Shown in pieces: positions 1 to 13,374 of a DNA stretch of 64,000 bases. This stretch comes from Parasitella parasitica NRRL 2501 (lineage: Eukaryota; Fungi; Mucoromycota), in assembly GCA_025201805.1 (NCBI GenBank), contig MU619237.1, forward strand, positions 365,552 to 429,551, in the 5' to 3' direction. The notes beneath the pieces were generated by a model. The model was not told where the DNA came from and searched no databases. It saw only the letters and a program-made list of their open reading frames with translations. The translations under genes and the position numbers were made by a program. Each line of letters begins with the position of its first letter. Position 1 is the stretch's first letter.

Positions 1-901
1 TCTTTTTGTTGGTGGTGCTGGTGGTGGTGGTGGCCGTGGTGGTGGCCGTGGAACTATTCTTTGCAAATGACGATGCTGGTGATGAAGTAGCTGGTTGCTT
101 GTGCAGAGCAAGCTTTTGACTCTCAGCAGCCATGCGAAGCAATCTTGCTTGCGCTACTTTTTCTTGCTGGAGTTTGATAGTTTCATTTTCGTCGTCCTGT
201 TCATCCTCCAATTCTGATTCATCGCTAGCCAATAATTGGTCGTGCTTTCGCTTCAAAAATGATGGTTTTGCGTCTTTTTCGGCAGGGCCGAACGGCGGAG
301 GCATGTTGTATTTGTTCATGAGATGAAGCACTTGGGTATAAAATCGAGGGACAGTAGCGATGGCATGTGTAATGTTTGTTAAAATATCAGGTGTTGGGTC
401 GGGATAGTAGTACGTTAGCTGAGGGTTGGGTGGATAGAGTAGGCCGTGCGGAGCAGATACAGGCTCTGCGGCCGGTGTCTCCTGCTCTATCGCAAGCTGC
501 TGAGGAGGAATAGAGCTGCGCTGTCTGTTTGGATCAGGCCTCGCGTACTCTACAGTTATTTGCTTGTAAAATAAGCCAAAATCAATCTTTTTCAGCATGT
601 CGAATGCCTGCTCGGCAATGCTTCGATTTGGAAAGTCTAGAAACACAAAGCCAACCTGTTTCGATGGGTTATCTTGGACTGGGGTCCTTGTAGCGCTGGA
701 TTTGCGTGCTTACCATGGCCTGACTCTGCATAAATCGAATGTCGATTGGTCTGTACGGCCTAAAGTATTTCTCTCGTAACTCTGTGGATGTGGTTATAAA
801 GCTGGGCAAATGCTTGACGATGATCGTGGTAATAGTGTCCTATGCAACCATCAGGATCGCTTCGAATAGTGCTCGTTTATTTGCTACATTACACAGTTCA
901 T
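1..901 (-). CDS. RNPC3: RNA-binding protein, U11/U12 snRNP 65K (RNPC3/RBM40)-like; runs off the window's left edge
   Basis: Spliced minus-strand frame MNC|DTITTIIVKHLP...|VGFVFLDF (RRM), then PPNPQLTYYYPDP..ILTNITHAIATVPRFYTQVLHLMNKYNMPPPF, the linker motif typical of RNPC3. Confidence 0.75.
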
Positions 902-1055
902 TTTCGTCAATACGAGTTGTAGAAAAGAGGTTTGATGAAGGTGTTCTCCCAATAGTCACAGTACACATCCACACACAAAAGAGCAAAAATATTTTTCGTC
1001 TTGTTTTGTCCCAACCGCATTGTTTAATTTCATTTATCGAAAGCCCATCTTTACA

Positions 1056-1714
1056 ATGAGATTGAATGAAGACACAGTACTTGCAAGTATTCTGTCTGCA
1101 AAAGCTGAGCAGGTTGCATTCTGACGTGTCAATTAGATAGGAGAGAAGGTTGCTCTGGTGCCTTATAAACCTGAACATGTACCCAGATATCACGAATGGA
1201 TGAAGTCACCTTTCCTGCAGGAGATGACTGCATCCGAGCCATTGACACTGGAAGAAGAATATGAGATGCAGAAATCATGGCATCAAGATGAAGAGAGTAA
1301 GGCCTTCGTTTGCTAGCCTCAAACCACTAAAGAAAGAAAGAAAGAAAAAAGAAAAGCCAACATCCTGTATAGAGCTTACGTTCATTATCACTAGTTTACC
1401 CAATAGTGACAATAGGTCGCTCCAGAATATACCAGAGAGCGAAATCAAAGACCACACTGGTAAAACGCAGTAATATGCTGATCTTTTTTTTTTCGCAAAT
1501 GATTCACCTATTCAGCAATGATTTAGTCATGGTTGGCGATGTAAACATTTTTCTTAACGATCAAGACCAGGATAAAACATTTGGAGAGATTGAAGTTATG
1601 GTTGCCGAGCCTGATTACAGAAGAACCGGCCGAGGAAGAGAAGCATTGGCAATAATCATGGGATATGGTAACCACACACTAAAATGTATCTATCAACGCA
1701 ATACTAACGACAAC

Positions 1715-1766
<52 letters not shown>

Positions 1767-2071
1767 CTTTACAAGTGATAGGATTAAAGACATTCCATGC
1801 AAAGATATCACTGAAAAATAGCCCTAGCATCAACTTGTTCCAGTCAAAATTTGGCTTTTATGAAATTGCTGTCTCCCAAGTTTTCCAAGAAATCACGTTA
1901 GAGTGGACGCTCTTGGCACCCTCAGACACAGTAAAAGTAGACGAGTTTGGTAATCAAATAGAAGCTTATGGGTCCAAGGCAACGCCGGAACAGCACAACA
2001 CAATTCTGTCGATGCATAAGGCTCTGACAGAATATTGGCACAAGACTGTGAAAACAAGCAGCTTTGAATGA
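1056..2071 (+). CDS. NAT9: GNAT N-acetyltransferase 9-like (multi-exon)
   Basis: MRLNEDTVL|IGEKVALVPYKPEHVPRYHEWMKSPFLQEMTASEPLTLEEEYEMQKSW...MVGDVNIFL...GEIEVMVAEPDYRRTGRGREA. Confidence 0.9.
1718..1764. repeat. (AC)n microsatellite in a NAT9 intron
   Basis: Pure AC run. Confidence 0.95.
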
Positions 2072-2095
2072 TTCCAATAAAATTGATGATTTATT

Positions 2096-2943
2096 TTACC
2101 AATACCCATGCTGTGGCTCTTGTTGCTCATTACTGCTGGGAATCTTCATCTGCTTTAACCACCATTCAGGCGAAACGCGTACTTTATCAAAGGACAGCAC
2201 AGCCGATGATTCATCTTGAAGACACAAGACATCCAATTCGCTTTTGTGCTGTTCATAGTTTGATTTGAATTGATCGACTAGCTGTAACATGTCTTTATCT
2301 CGTAGTTTCGCTGTGAGCTTGTACTGAATTTTGAAGTCTATTCCCATGACAGTCGATCCCGACTCGTCTTTACCTGACGACAAGATAGTTCGATTGTTCA
2401 TGATGGCTGCGCCAGCGTGAATCACATGTTGCAATCTTCGATTGGTAGATATCTGGGCAAAATAGGCTACGATGTCCACATTTGTCTTGATTTTGTCGAG
2501 TAATACAATGGACCTCTCGCTCTGAGTGGCAGATTCGATCGCATCTAGTCCATCGTCGTCGATAGGGTACAGATTGAATTCCAGCTCAAGCGTATACGGG
2601 TTAATCCTCGAAAAGTCACTTAGCAATAGCAGTTCGGTGGGGAACGGAAAGGAGGAATTCGCTTGGTCAGAGGGGTATGATTTAGCTAGAACGTCAATCT
2701 ATGTACATATAGAACCTCTGGTTAGATACATAAAAACATACACATTGAGGATTTTCATTGCATACGTACATGAATTCTCCAGCCGTCCGATTTTACATTG
2801 TGATCAACTCGTTCACCGAGTAAAGTTGATAAGCGATAGGAAAACCAGCTATTTAGTCTTGCTACTGTGATGATATCGTTGGTGTCAAGGTTATCCAGGA
2901 TATTGTACAGGATTTCTAAAGGTAAGCTTGATAATTTATACAT
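2096..2943 (-). CDS. F-box-like domain protein (2 exons)
   Basis: N-terminus MYKLSSLPLEILYNILDNLDTNDIITVARLNSWF fits the F-box pattern; spliced to ORF 2096-2626. Confidence 0.7.
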
Positions 2944-3162
2944 ATTCGAACGAGTATAAAAAAAGAGAGAAAAGTGAAAAAAAAAAAAAAACTCGCTAGT
3001 TTTATCCATGCAATCGTCAAACACCTGATTCATGCAGAACCAGTGTATTTTATAGGACAAGCGAAAATCAAGAGAAAACATTATCTTTTTTTTTTTACAT
3101 GTGAAATCTTAAGACAGATAGCATTGTCTGTATTTTTTATATATGTGTACACATAGAACAAG

Positions 3163-3316
3163 CTAATGGGAATTTTTTGGGTCTGACGGATGATGATGAG
3201 GATGATGGTGATGCTGCTGTTGCTGTTGTTGTTGATATATAGGCAAAAGATTACTGCCAGAGCTGTGATGTTGCTGCAGAGGAAGCGGCGGAGGAGGGAG
3301 AGGATATGGCTGCATT

Positions 3317-3347
<31 letters not shown>

Positions 3348-3691
3348 AATGGTGCTGTTGCGGATGGTATGGCTGCTGTTCAACTGATCGAGACAACATT
3401 GATGTACTGTCGCCAGTATTCGTTGAGAGTCCAATCTGAGATTTGCTGCTTGACGATGAAGACATGGGATATATTGATTGATTATTGTCACTGCTGACAC
3501 TATGGCTATTTGCGTCATTTGGAATTGGAGTTTGTGGGCGCGCATCGGGCGGTGTGATAGACCCACCTCTGTGTTGTTGTTGTTGTTGCTGCTGCTGGTG
3601 AGGGTGGTGGTGATGTGATGACATTGGGTTAGAATTCAATGCAGGATGAATAGTAGGCTCTTTGCTCCTGCTATTACTGTCATCATTATTA

Positions 3692-3730
<39 letters not shown>

Positions 3731-5260
3731 GGGTCTGCGCTGTTACGGCCTATTGGCGAATGCTGCTGCGGATCAAAAGTAAAAGACATGTTGGGTGCAT
3801 TGAAACTAGGGGTACTAGGCGAATCGGTTGCCATGGTGTAGTTGTCCTGATACGAAGGGTTGACATAGTTGGTCAGAGAAGTATCCAAAGCCATGTTGTT
3901 TTCAAACGAATAAACAAACGCTGCTGCCGGTTGCTGCAGTTGCTGCTGGTGTCTTGCCTGGCTCATGGCGGCTGCCGGTATACTGTTGCTTCGGTGGTTG
4001 TTGGTAGGATAAGACGACGAATGACCGATAAGAGGCAGACCGTCATGTTGCATGGGTGATTCGGGAGTGAGTCTGTGGTCGTCATTCAAGGCAAACTGTC
4101 TTCCTTTGCCTTTCTTGGCCTGCTTTCTGATGGGCTCGCCAACAGAGTGGTCTTCGGAGAGCGTGCGGGTTCTGTGTTGAGTTTTCAATAGTTGAGTTTC
4201 ATGGAGTTGGCGTTGGTTGTGTATCTTGATAAAATAAAGCTGCTTTGGGATTTCCACAGAAACGTAACCTTTGGGCGCCGTATCTGCTTTTGATGCTGGT
4301 GTAGAAAAAGATCGTCGGTTGTGAGTACTGTCGGTGGCAGATGATGCGCTTTCTTCGTCGTTGCCATTGGCGTCTTTGTAAACGTGAGGAGCAGGGAATG
4401 TCTGCGGGTCGATTTGAACAGTTTCACATATGGATTGAAACAGCATGAGCAACTCTTGCTTTACAAACTGAAACAGGTCATCGTTCCCAGCAGTTGCCAT
4501 ACAGACTCTGCTCCAAAGGTCGCTCAGTTGGTGTGTTCTGTCAATCGAGTCTCGTAGCTTGATTTTTTGGCGTTCTTCTGAAAGTCGATTGTAGAATCGG
4601 CGTTCATTCCAATGGATATTAGGAAACTGATCTCGCACACGTCCCCTAATGTCCTGAGTCGTCATGCGAAGGCGAGCCAAGTCGCGAATGAGATCCGTCA
4701 CCTCTTTGGGCCATGAGCGTTCAATGTCTTCAGGACGCATCAACTCATGATTGTGCTTTCCGGCTTCAGGATTAAGCGACTTTCGAAACTCCCATTTGCT
4801 TTGCTCATTTTCGTAGAGAACCACTCTCCACCGACAATCGCATCTCTTTGAAGGCCTCTTTCGTTGTGGGTTCGATTTCGGGTTACGCAGAGAATCAGGT
4901 AAACCCTCTCGAGAACAATAGACATAAATGTTCTACAAAAAAAAGACTAAGTGAGATTTATGTATCAAAGCGCATTGCGAGATTGCAATCTTACTCTATG
5001 GGTGCTAGCTTCTTGTTTTACGGTAAATCCAAATTCTGCGCATAGGTCTCTGCATCGCTCAATAGCTACGGCGCTTTGGTCAAACTTCATACCGATCAAT
5101 CGCTCGTAAAATGGCTCCAACTATGATACAGTCAGGTACGGTTATTTCATTGCATGTGCGTTTCTACAATTACCAAAAGAGCTTGCTCATTCTGTTGTTG
5201 TAAAGATAGATTTCCTCCATGCGCTGTTGCTGCTACTGCTTGTAAGGCCTTTTTTGTCAT
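3163..5260 (-). CDS. FAR1/WRKY-GCM1-type zinc-finger putative transcription factor with a Q/H/N-rich low-complexity tail
   Basis: EFGFTVK...YVYCSREG...RKRPSKRCDCRWRVVLY...KHNHEL across three exons; poly-N, poly-Q and His-Pro tracts C-terminally. Confidence 0.7.
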
Positions 5261-6039
5261 TTAAACTGGTATTTGCTTTTTCTATTGCATTTGTGAACAC
5301 AAATATCAAGTAGCAGAGCATAGAAGCATCGACTTACGGTAAGAAACTGATAGTGGGGGAAAGAGAGAAAGAGTCGATCTAATAATTTTGGTATTCTGTC
5401 CCTGGGCTCTTTTTTTTTGTTTTTTTTGTTTTTATTTTTTTTATCTACTGGCGATGTTTGGTTACGAAATGTGAATTACTACTGCCTGCCTTGTTGATTC
5501 AATGTGTGCTTGAACTATAGGGTGGGAAATATAGAATAATCAAAAGAAGGAAAGAAAGAAGATGAAGTTCTAATCTACCTTTTTCTCCCCTTTGTTTAAT
5601 GCGCTTATTTTTATTTCTCTTTTTTTTTTTTTTTTTTTTTTTTCTTGTGAAGCCCATTACATGTATCTTTGATAACCTTTTAATGAAACATTACCAATAG
5701 CAAATGGTTGTAATAGATCTCAATTTTGTGCTACCACATCCTCCCCACTCTAAACTAACCCCCTGTCCCGCCTCGTAAGAAAAGCTGCCTCCATTAACCT
5801 GTTTTAATTGGCAGTGTTCTTGTTTTGCCCATCAATTGATTTACGGCTAGCCGCAATCAACTCGTACAATAGGAAATATGATCTTTTCAAAGTGTGCGTA
5901 CATTTTGTTTGAGATGTGAATCCGCGAGAAGAATTCTGCTAACTTCAAATTTGACTTGTATACAAAAAGTGATTTCATTTGCCTTGATCTAACAATTTGT
6001 ACCGCAAACTTCAAAGCCATTTTTTTTTTTTTTTTTTTT

Positions 6040-6234
6040 NNNNNNNNNNNNNNNNNNNNNNNNNNNNNNNNNNNNNNNNNNNNNNNNNNNNNNNNNNNNN
6101 NNNNNNNNNNNNNNNNNNNNNNNNNNNNNNNNNNNNNNNNNNNNNNNNNNNNNNNNNNNNNNNNNNNNNNNNNNNNNNNNNNNNNNNNNNNNNNNNNNNN
6201 NNNNNNNNNNNNNNNNNNNNNNNNNNNNNNNNNN
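6040..6234. other. Assembly gap (Ns) flanked by homopolymers
   Basis: N run; further gaps at about 8502-8536, 13208-13232 and 27568-27607. Confidence 0.99.
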
Positions 6235-6471
6235 AAAAAAAAAAAAAAAAGGTTCCTATATTATGAAACACCATTAATTGCTTATTTTCTACAGATGACA
6301 AAATATTTATATTAAAATCTGTCAAATTTACTGAAATGATGGAACGCCATGTGCAAGCATTGAACAGTGGTATTGGTTCAAGCAGTCATCTCCGCTGCGA
6401 AATTTTCACCATTTCGACTTTTTGCTTATCACACACACACACCTTTGCTTCTTCATATTTTGTCCCTAGCA

Positions 6472-6933
6472 ATGTTAGATACACCCTCACATAATCTTCT
6501 GTACTCATTGCTAGGACTTTCCCACTCTTCGCCAAAATTCAAAGAATTAATACCCGCTGATTTGGAGCCGTCAATCACAAAACTATCCAATTACATTTAT
6601 CACGCCTATAAACCTTTAGGCATTTCGCTATGCTTCATTCCAAAGAAAGACGATTTGATCTTGGATGCAATTGACATTTACAATGGCAGAACGCCAGACG
6701 AATTTTCACCGTGTACTATTAATAATTTACCCTGCAAATTACACAGCACCATGCAAGCACATGAAATTGTCTCAAACTTGGGCGAGCCAGATCGTAAAGG
6801 CGGAGGAGGTCAGAGTAGGCTGCCCTGTTGGATTGAATACAAGTTTTCAGAAAGCTCAGGCATCCTGATCCAGCTGCACGGATTTGAGTGGGAAGACCGG
6901 GAAATGGGCTGGACGAGTTTTGTATTATTCTAA
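6472..6933 (+). CDS. Hypothetical protein (153 aa, intronless)
   Basis: Clean ORF from ATG 6472 with globular composition and a LGEPDRKGGG..CWIEY motif reminiscent of uncharacterised fungal proteins. Confidence 0.7.
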   Translation: MLDTPSHNLLYSLLGLSHSSPKFKELIPADLEPSITKLSNYIYHAYKPLGISLCFIPKKDDLILDAIDIYNGRTPDEFSPCTINNLPCKLHSTMQAHEIVSNLGEPDRKGGGGQSRLPCWIEYKFSESSGILIQLHGFEWEDREMGWTSFVLF

Positions 6934-7270
6934 TCACGTATTAGATTAGATGATGGTAAAAATTGCAATAGAATTTGCATTGTATTCCTATAATTCATCA
7001 AGATTAAACACTTTGAAGTTTACGCAACAACTATTTAATGTGTTTCTTATCATTTAATTAAAAAGTTGAATCAAGTGACACGATGGAGTAAAATATGTAA
7101 CAGATAAACTGTTTGTAATAATTAACGGGGACAATTTCGTCTAGTAAAAAGATTTATGATGGATATTTATGATAACCGTGTTGGTTTTTTATTAAATTGA
7201 AACATGTTAAAAAAAAAAAAAAAGACTTGAATGACTATAGCTATGATGTGAACGAAAGTGTTGCTTGAAT

Positions 7271-8939
7271 TTATACGGTAATCACGATGTTTTCAGTTTT
7301 TTTTGTACTGTCACTACTATCGCTACTGCCTCTGCCACTGCCACTGCCACTGCCACTGATTTCATTCTTTGACGCGGCTTGGCGATCAGACACAGCACTC
7401 TCAGCATCGTCAAACCAATTATTTTCAAATACAACCTGGTTTGTACCCTCATTGAAAGAACTAGATGTGTCAGACAATGCTTGTTGCGAGGCGCTTTGTT
7501 GCCTGCCATATTCAGCTGCACTGCCTAACAGCACTCTTCTTGATATTCCACGGGCGTCAAAGTAAACCAGCATTCCCGCAAGGTTTCCACCACTGCCTAC
7601 AGTTTTTTCTGCCATGTAGCCAGCATCTGCGCCGTATTTTTTATGAATCATGTGCGTAATGCTATCCCGAGATGACACCAGCACCATCGAAGCAGCTGAA
7701 GCTACCCCACCGACAATCTTTACAGCAGCCTGCAGCGCCGAAATGCCAAAGTGTCGCGACGCATTTTGCATTGGCTCTCTTGACTGCATCAATTGATCAC
7801 TGTAGACCAACTCGTTGACCTTGGAGACGGCGGTTGATACCGCCATATCCACGAGTCCGGCGGCCACGTTGGTGGCTTTACTTGTTGTGTTGTAGGCAAC
7901 CTCAAAGACTCTTCTCTCTTGCTCGCTCAGTTTGATGGGCGACTTGTTGGGCTCAATCTTATCCTCGATCATTCTTCCGCCGCTATTATTCAGTGTATTC
8001 TTTAAGCCGTCAAACGCATGACAAAAAAAAAAAAAAAAAGCTTACCTTGTAATACCTTGGGCGAGCGCCTGGCCAGCTAAAACCAACGCATGAGCAATCC
8101 AATCGGAACCCGTAACCATGGCATTGCCCGTCTGATAAAGTAATTTGACTTTTCTGACTTTGGACGGATCCAGTGTTTCCTAGCAGAGAGCATATGGCCA
8201 TTAACGTTTTTTTTTCTTTTTTTTTTTCTTTTAATTACTCGCATATACCTGGGGAGACAATTCATCAATATAAACTGGCAATTTCTGACCTCTGTCGTCT
8301 TCATGCAAAGAAATAAAGTCATCTTCATCCAAGATGCTTTCAGACTCGGTGCGATCCAATTGGACATTATCAGCAATGACCTGACTTACTTGGCATGACA
8401 CAGGGTCGATCATGGCCAGCGTATTTTTCATTTGATGTCGATTCTCGTATTTGATAAAATAAGCAAGTACGTCTTGCAGCTCAGTAAAAGCGAGATCGTC
8501 ANNNNNNNNNNNNNNNNNNNNNNNNNNNNNNNNNNNAAAAAAAAAAAAAGAAAAAGAGGCATAAGCAGATGTTAGAGAGATAAATTGCTAGTGCTGCGTA
8601 TAGCATAACAAAGCATGTGTACCTGCAATTGATTCTCCATAAGCCACCTTGGGCTCGAGGAAAGATAAGTGTACGTTCGTCTTGCAACCAAGCCTTGGAC
8701 CTAGAAACTAGGACGATGGCTGCCTTTTCTTGGTCGTAGTCATTGTAAAATCTCAGCATCAAGATCTGCTGCTCTGCGTTGGGGTCTGACGTTATGTAAG
8801 CGGCCAAGTGTCCGTCGTCAATATGGACTAATGTACCCTCATCAAACAATGATACAGAAACTCTATCTACGAGGCAAATGCGGGCTAATGATTGAAAGTC
8901 GATTTGATCGGCAGAAGGTGTGATTGGTAAAACTGTCAT
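7271..8939 (-). CDS. Senescence/spartin-associated domain protein (3 exons)
   Basis: ORFs 8499-8939, ~8050-8500 and 7271-7990 joined; C-terminal LVSSRDSITHMIHKKYGADAGYMAEK resembles the senescence-domain 'V.HKYG..A' motif. Confidence 0.7.
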
Positions 8940-9092
8940 TTTCTGTTTGTGGTTTTATGAAAGAAAAAAGGGAGGCTATAGCGCATCAACAACATACGCA
9001 GTTTTTATTTTGATAAATTAAGGATTTCTTGGCGGGGGTTGTTTTGTAGCATGAAAGTTGATCATCTTTTATTCGCTTGATTAGGTATTGTT

Positions 9093-12000
9093 TTAAATCT
9101 GGCATTGGCATGTACAATTGCTGACAGGACAAGTGGAATGCTTTTGGAACCAATCAAACATATGAACAGCATGTCCTCCATGACGGCACGATTGGCACCA
9201 AGTAAACCAGAGATCAAAACCTGCAGGATCGACTAATTTTTTTAAAGCGCTATTAGAATATTGGCACAGAAAACAAATGGCCGCCTACTACCTTTATGGG
9301 TATCATTTGCGATTATTGTTTGTCTCAATTGGTCTATAGGGGTCCCCATATGTAGCAGACATAAAGAACATCGAGGCAACGGTTTTTTGCAGCTCGAGCA
9401 TACAGACGTCTACGGTGCAATAATTCACATGTTAAAAGAAAAAAAAAACTGGTTTTCGCTAATTTTTTACCTTTTGTTTCCCAGATGCCCGCCCCCCAGG
9501 ATTGCTTGTTTGGACATTCATGCGCTTTCCCTCTCTATTTCGAGCATTTTGTATAACTAGACTATGGCCCAATGATTGTGCGCAGAAATTACACCGGACA
9601 TAGACCTGGGGAGGAGCAATTTCGCTTGCAATCATTCGTTTCCCGCGTTGAATGTCAAATTTGGCCCGTGCGTTCCACAACTGCCATCTGTCCATCAATA
9701 AGCGATAGCTTATCACAAATACATCATGTCAATATTTTGGCGCCTTTGCATGAAAAAAAAAAAAACTACCCACTTACGTTTCTACCCAATCGTCAACGCG
9801 GCTATCCTTGAATCTCTTGGGAACAACGTAACTCATGATTAAACTAACGGTTTGTACGTCTCCGTATATGTCCAGCGCCTTTTCTAGCAGATCGACGCCA
9901 ATGTGAGTTAAACCTGTAACTACGATGCCCTCTACATCTCCCTCTTGCACCAATTTATCCAGCGTTCGATTCAAATAGACAGACATGTCATCGTCGCTCA
10001 AAACACGCAATGCTATCGCCATCCGCTCTCTAAGCGGTAAGCCTGGTTCATCCAATATTCTATACCAATCGTTTGAGGCAATGTAGGCGAAAATAGCACG
10101 CAAATAGGGTCTTTCCGCCATATCGCTACTCAAAGATTCGCAAATATCCTTCCAAGTGTCGTTGGTGTTGGTGCCGCCTGCCTGATAGCTTGCCAAAATA
10201 GCTGACACCAGCTTGCGTTGTTGCTCTGACAAAAGCCTGTTAATGGAAACATGCATTGCCAATGGCGAAATTGGGAACTACCTTCTTTTTGATCTCTTCC
10301 TCTTGCGCTGCTTAAAGCTTTGATGGCTCGTTTAGGAGCACCATAGAATAAAGCCAGACCAGCAGCCTTATCGTATTCTCCCCGAGATTCCAGACTAGAA
10401 CGTTTTACGTCAGCAATAAATTGCAAACAACCCAACGACCACCACTTACTCTACCAACAGTCTCTCAAATCCCTTGGCATCAAACCCAAATCCACACGCA
10501 GAGAGAGCTACGTTTCTTTGCGCTGATTTGGCAGTATCCACCATTGGTAAATAATTGCTCATGTCATTCAGCTTGTCCGTCAAAGGGGATGCACCATCAT
10601 TTTCTCTTGATTTTGCTGGACTAGAGGATGGACGAGGCGTCTTTGACAAACTACTGCCATTTCTTGGCGAGGAAGAAGCAGGAGAGGACGATTTGCCATT
10701 GCGTCCCTGATGGCCCGTCCAGATCCCATAAACACCGTGAAAACTGTAGTCTACATTTCCAATTTTCGACAACTTGCTAGATATTTGATCAGCAAACTTC
10801 ATCCAGGTCCACACCTCCCTCAATTTGCGGTCTTTAGTAACGATGCCAAAGTTTTTTGCAGCCTTATAAAGAGAAAGGCGTGAGTCATTTATGCGCATTA
10901 CCCACATGTCATCACCTCATTGATTACTGTACATCCATTGAATAGCCTTGCAGCACTCTCTTTCTCATTACCACCGAGATATCCTTGTCTAGCTCTGCCG
11001 CCAGTGCGGTGTCTCGGCACATTGTAATTGTAGTCTGTCTCGGCAATAGCTGCTCTCTGGTGTCGCTCTGGTAGATTGCTTGATCTGCGTCTTCTGTAGC
11101 ATTGTTACCGTCGTCGAGCTGTACACTGGCTAGTTTTTTATCGAGTTTCGAGTCCACAAACGCTGGGAGGTAGGACAAGAGTCCCTTTTTGCCCGTCATG
11201 ACCATACCGCCAGAGGGCTGCCATGATATTTGGCATGCTTCTTGGACTTTGACTGATTCAAATTTACCGTCTGTGTGTATTGCCAGTATATTGTCAGAGA
11301 CTGACTTTGAAGGGCTCAATGAATATGGAATAAACGTAAACGATGCAAACTTTTTGACGCTGGATCTAGTTTTCCGACTTTTCCATAACACGGGGATGCT
11401 CAGTTCATCCTCATCGCCATGGCTTGCAGCAAGCGTCTGTAGCGCTGTGTGGGACGCACTGCGTTCCAACTTTTGCAGGGCTGACGTTTGTTGTGAGTGC
11501 TGCGGCAGTTGCGTTGAAGTAGATGCGGTTGAGGATTTCTGCACTGACGAGTTGACAGCGGACTGCAGAGAACAGGTTTCCTGTATATCCCATAGGTCGA
11601 TATGCGTTGCGTCCTTTGTAAGCGAGGCCAGAAATCCAGGCTGCGTCTGCGAAAATACAATCTTGGACAGACTGTTTTTGTTTTCTGCATTCAATGTCAG
11701 GATGGCGTCGTTGTTTTTACGGATGTCCCATAGTTTGATGATGCCCTCTTCGGTGTAAGATGCAACTCGGTATGAAGAGAAGGGATCGACGACAATGCCG
11801 TGTACTGCCTTGGTGGCAAACTGTAGTGGGCTTGAGCTAGCATCCGCTCGAACATCGTACACACGCAAATACTTGTTGCCCATCCCAGCAACCAACAGCG
11901 GTGCGTTGGCATGCTCTGACCACGCACACGATGAGATTGCCTCTGAGGAGCCATACTGTCTAACAGGTCCTTGGTCTCTAGAGCTCGATCCAGGTGTTGA

Positions 12001-12725
12001 AATTGGCGGCATATCGCTCGATCTTGGTCTATCTATGTCAAAATTATCTCTATTGTCTATTCTCCATTGGTTTGCTATCGTCGACCGAGACTCGTGCTGA
12101 GAATGGCCTCTAGTAACACCACCACCACCACCACCACCACCGCCACCACCAAATGTCGCTGTGGGTGTCTGAGCTCCTGTGGGTGTATTGCAATAGCTAT
12201 CAATGGATCGAGTGACATCCCAAACCAACAAACAAGGATCGTTGCGCACTTTGTCCAAGCCTGCTGCTAATAAATGGGGATGGGTTTTGGAGAATGATAC
12301 GACATTGCTTGAGCGAGATAGTTTGACTCCTAACGAAGGATATTGCTTCTGTTGCTGTTGGTGCTGCTGTTGGTGCTGCTGCTGCTGCTGTTGGCGTATT
12401 AGATTAGAGCTGCTGCTGCTATTCTCGCTGTTGCTATAGATAGTGGCTTTTCCTTGTGTAGGTGTATCAATGCCATCTGAATTCGGATAATCTGTCAATG
12501 AATGTTCTTGCATACGAACAAGGAGCGTCCTGCCAGTGGTTAAGCCGACAGCAACCAGGTCAGAGCAATTCGGATCCGGAGACCAATCCGCACACTAAGA
12601 AAAAAAAAAGAAGAAGAAGAAGGTTATTCAATTTGCTTTCATTAAAGCCAGAATAATGTACCATCATGAGTGTGATGTCAGGGATGGTTGATATGTAGCG
12701 TGCTCTTCCTAGCGAGTCGTGAGTC

Positions 12726-12788
<63 letters not shown>

Positions 12789-12932
12789 TGTTAATATAAA
12801 CAACTATAGACGGTTTCGAGACTATCCTACTTCTGGAACCCATTCGTATAATTTCAGTTCTGTGCCTCCAGCGAGAAACTGGTTTTGTCCTTTGTGAGGT
12901 GACCATATAATCGATCGTGGAACTACAACCAT
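9093..12932 (-). CDS. MIOS: GATOR2/SEACAT subunit MIOS (Sea4), WD40 repeats plus C-terminal RING/zinc ribbon
   Basis: [19 protein letters not shown]; WD40 repeats; [15 protein letters not shown]; YGDVQTVSL; VYVRCNFC; C-terminal [34 protein letters not shown]. Confidence 0.93.
12727..12789. repeat. (AAT)n microsatellite in MIOS intron 1
   Basis: About 20 AAT units. Confidence 0.95.
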
Positions 12933-13172
12933 GGAGAATTATTATGGAGAAAGAAATGGCTTTTTGGATTGAAGGACGGACGTCCCGTTTTATAATGATC
13001 AAGTCTGATGATCGCTGGGCACGATTCGAGTGCCGATGGCAATGATGATGACTCCTACTGCAACACTTGACGATGCATTTCCTTGAAGGAATTTTTACCT
13101 GAGGGTGGGGTGCTTGGCTTGAGATGTCTGAACTGCTTTGGCCATTCTAAATGACCATTGGAATACCCTGGC

Positions 13173-13207
<35 letters not shown>

Positions 13208-13374
13208 NNNNNNNNNNNNNNNNNNNNNNNNNACCTTCGCGGCAATGAACATGCCATGATGTATCGCATTTGATGCAAATTCCATATTCACATTATTTTT
13301 AATAACCGCATTGCGTGCTCTCTCTCTGTGTCTCTCTCTTTTTTTTTTTCCACATAATAAAACATCCAACCATT

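Noticed and set aside
5956-6325. ORFs spanning the N-gap
   Set aside because: Artefacts of Ns and homopolymers
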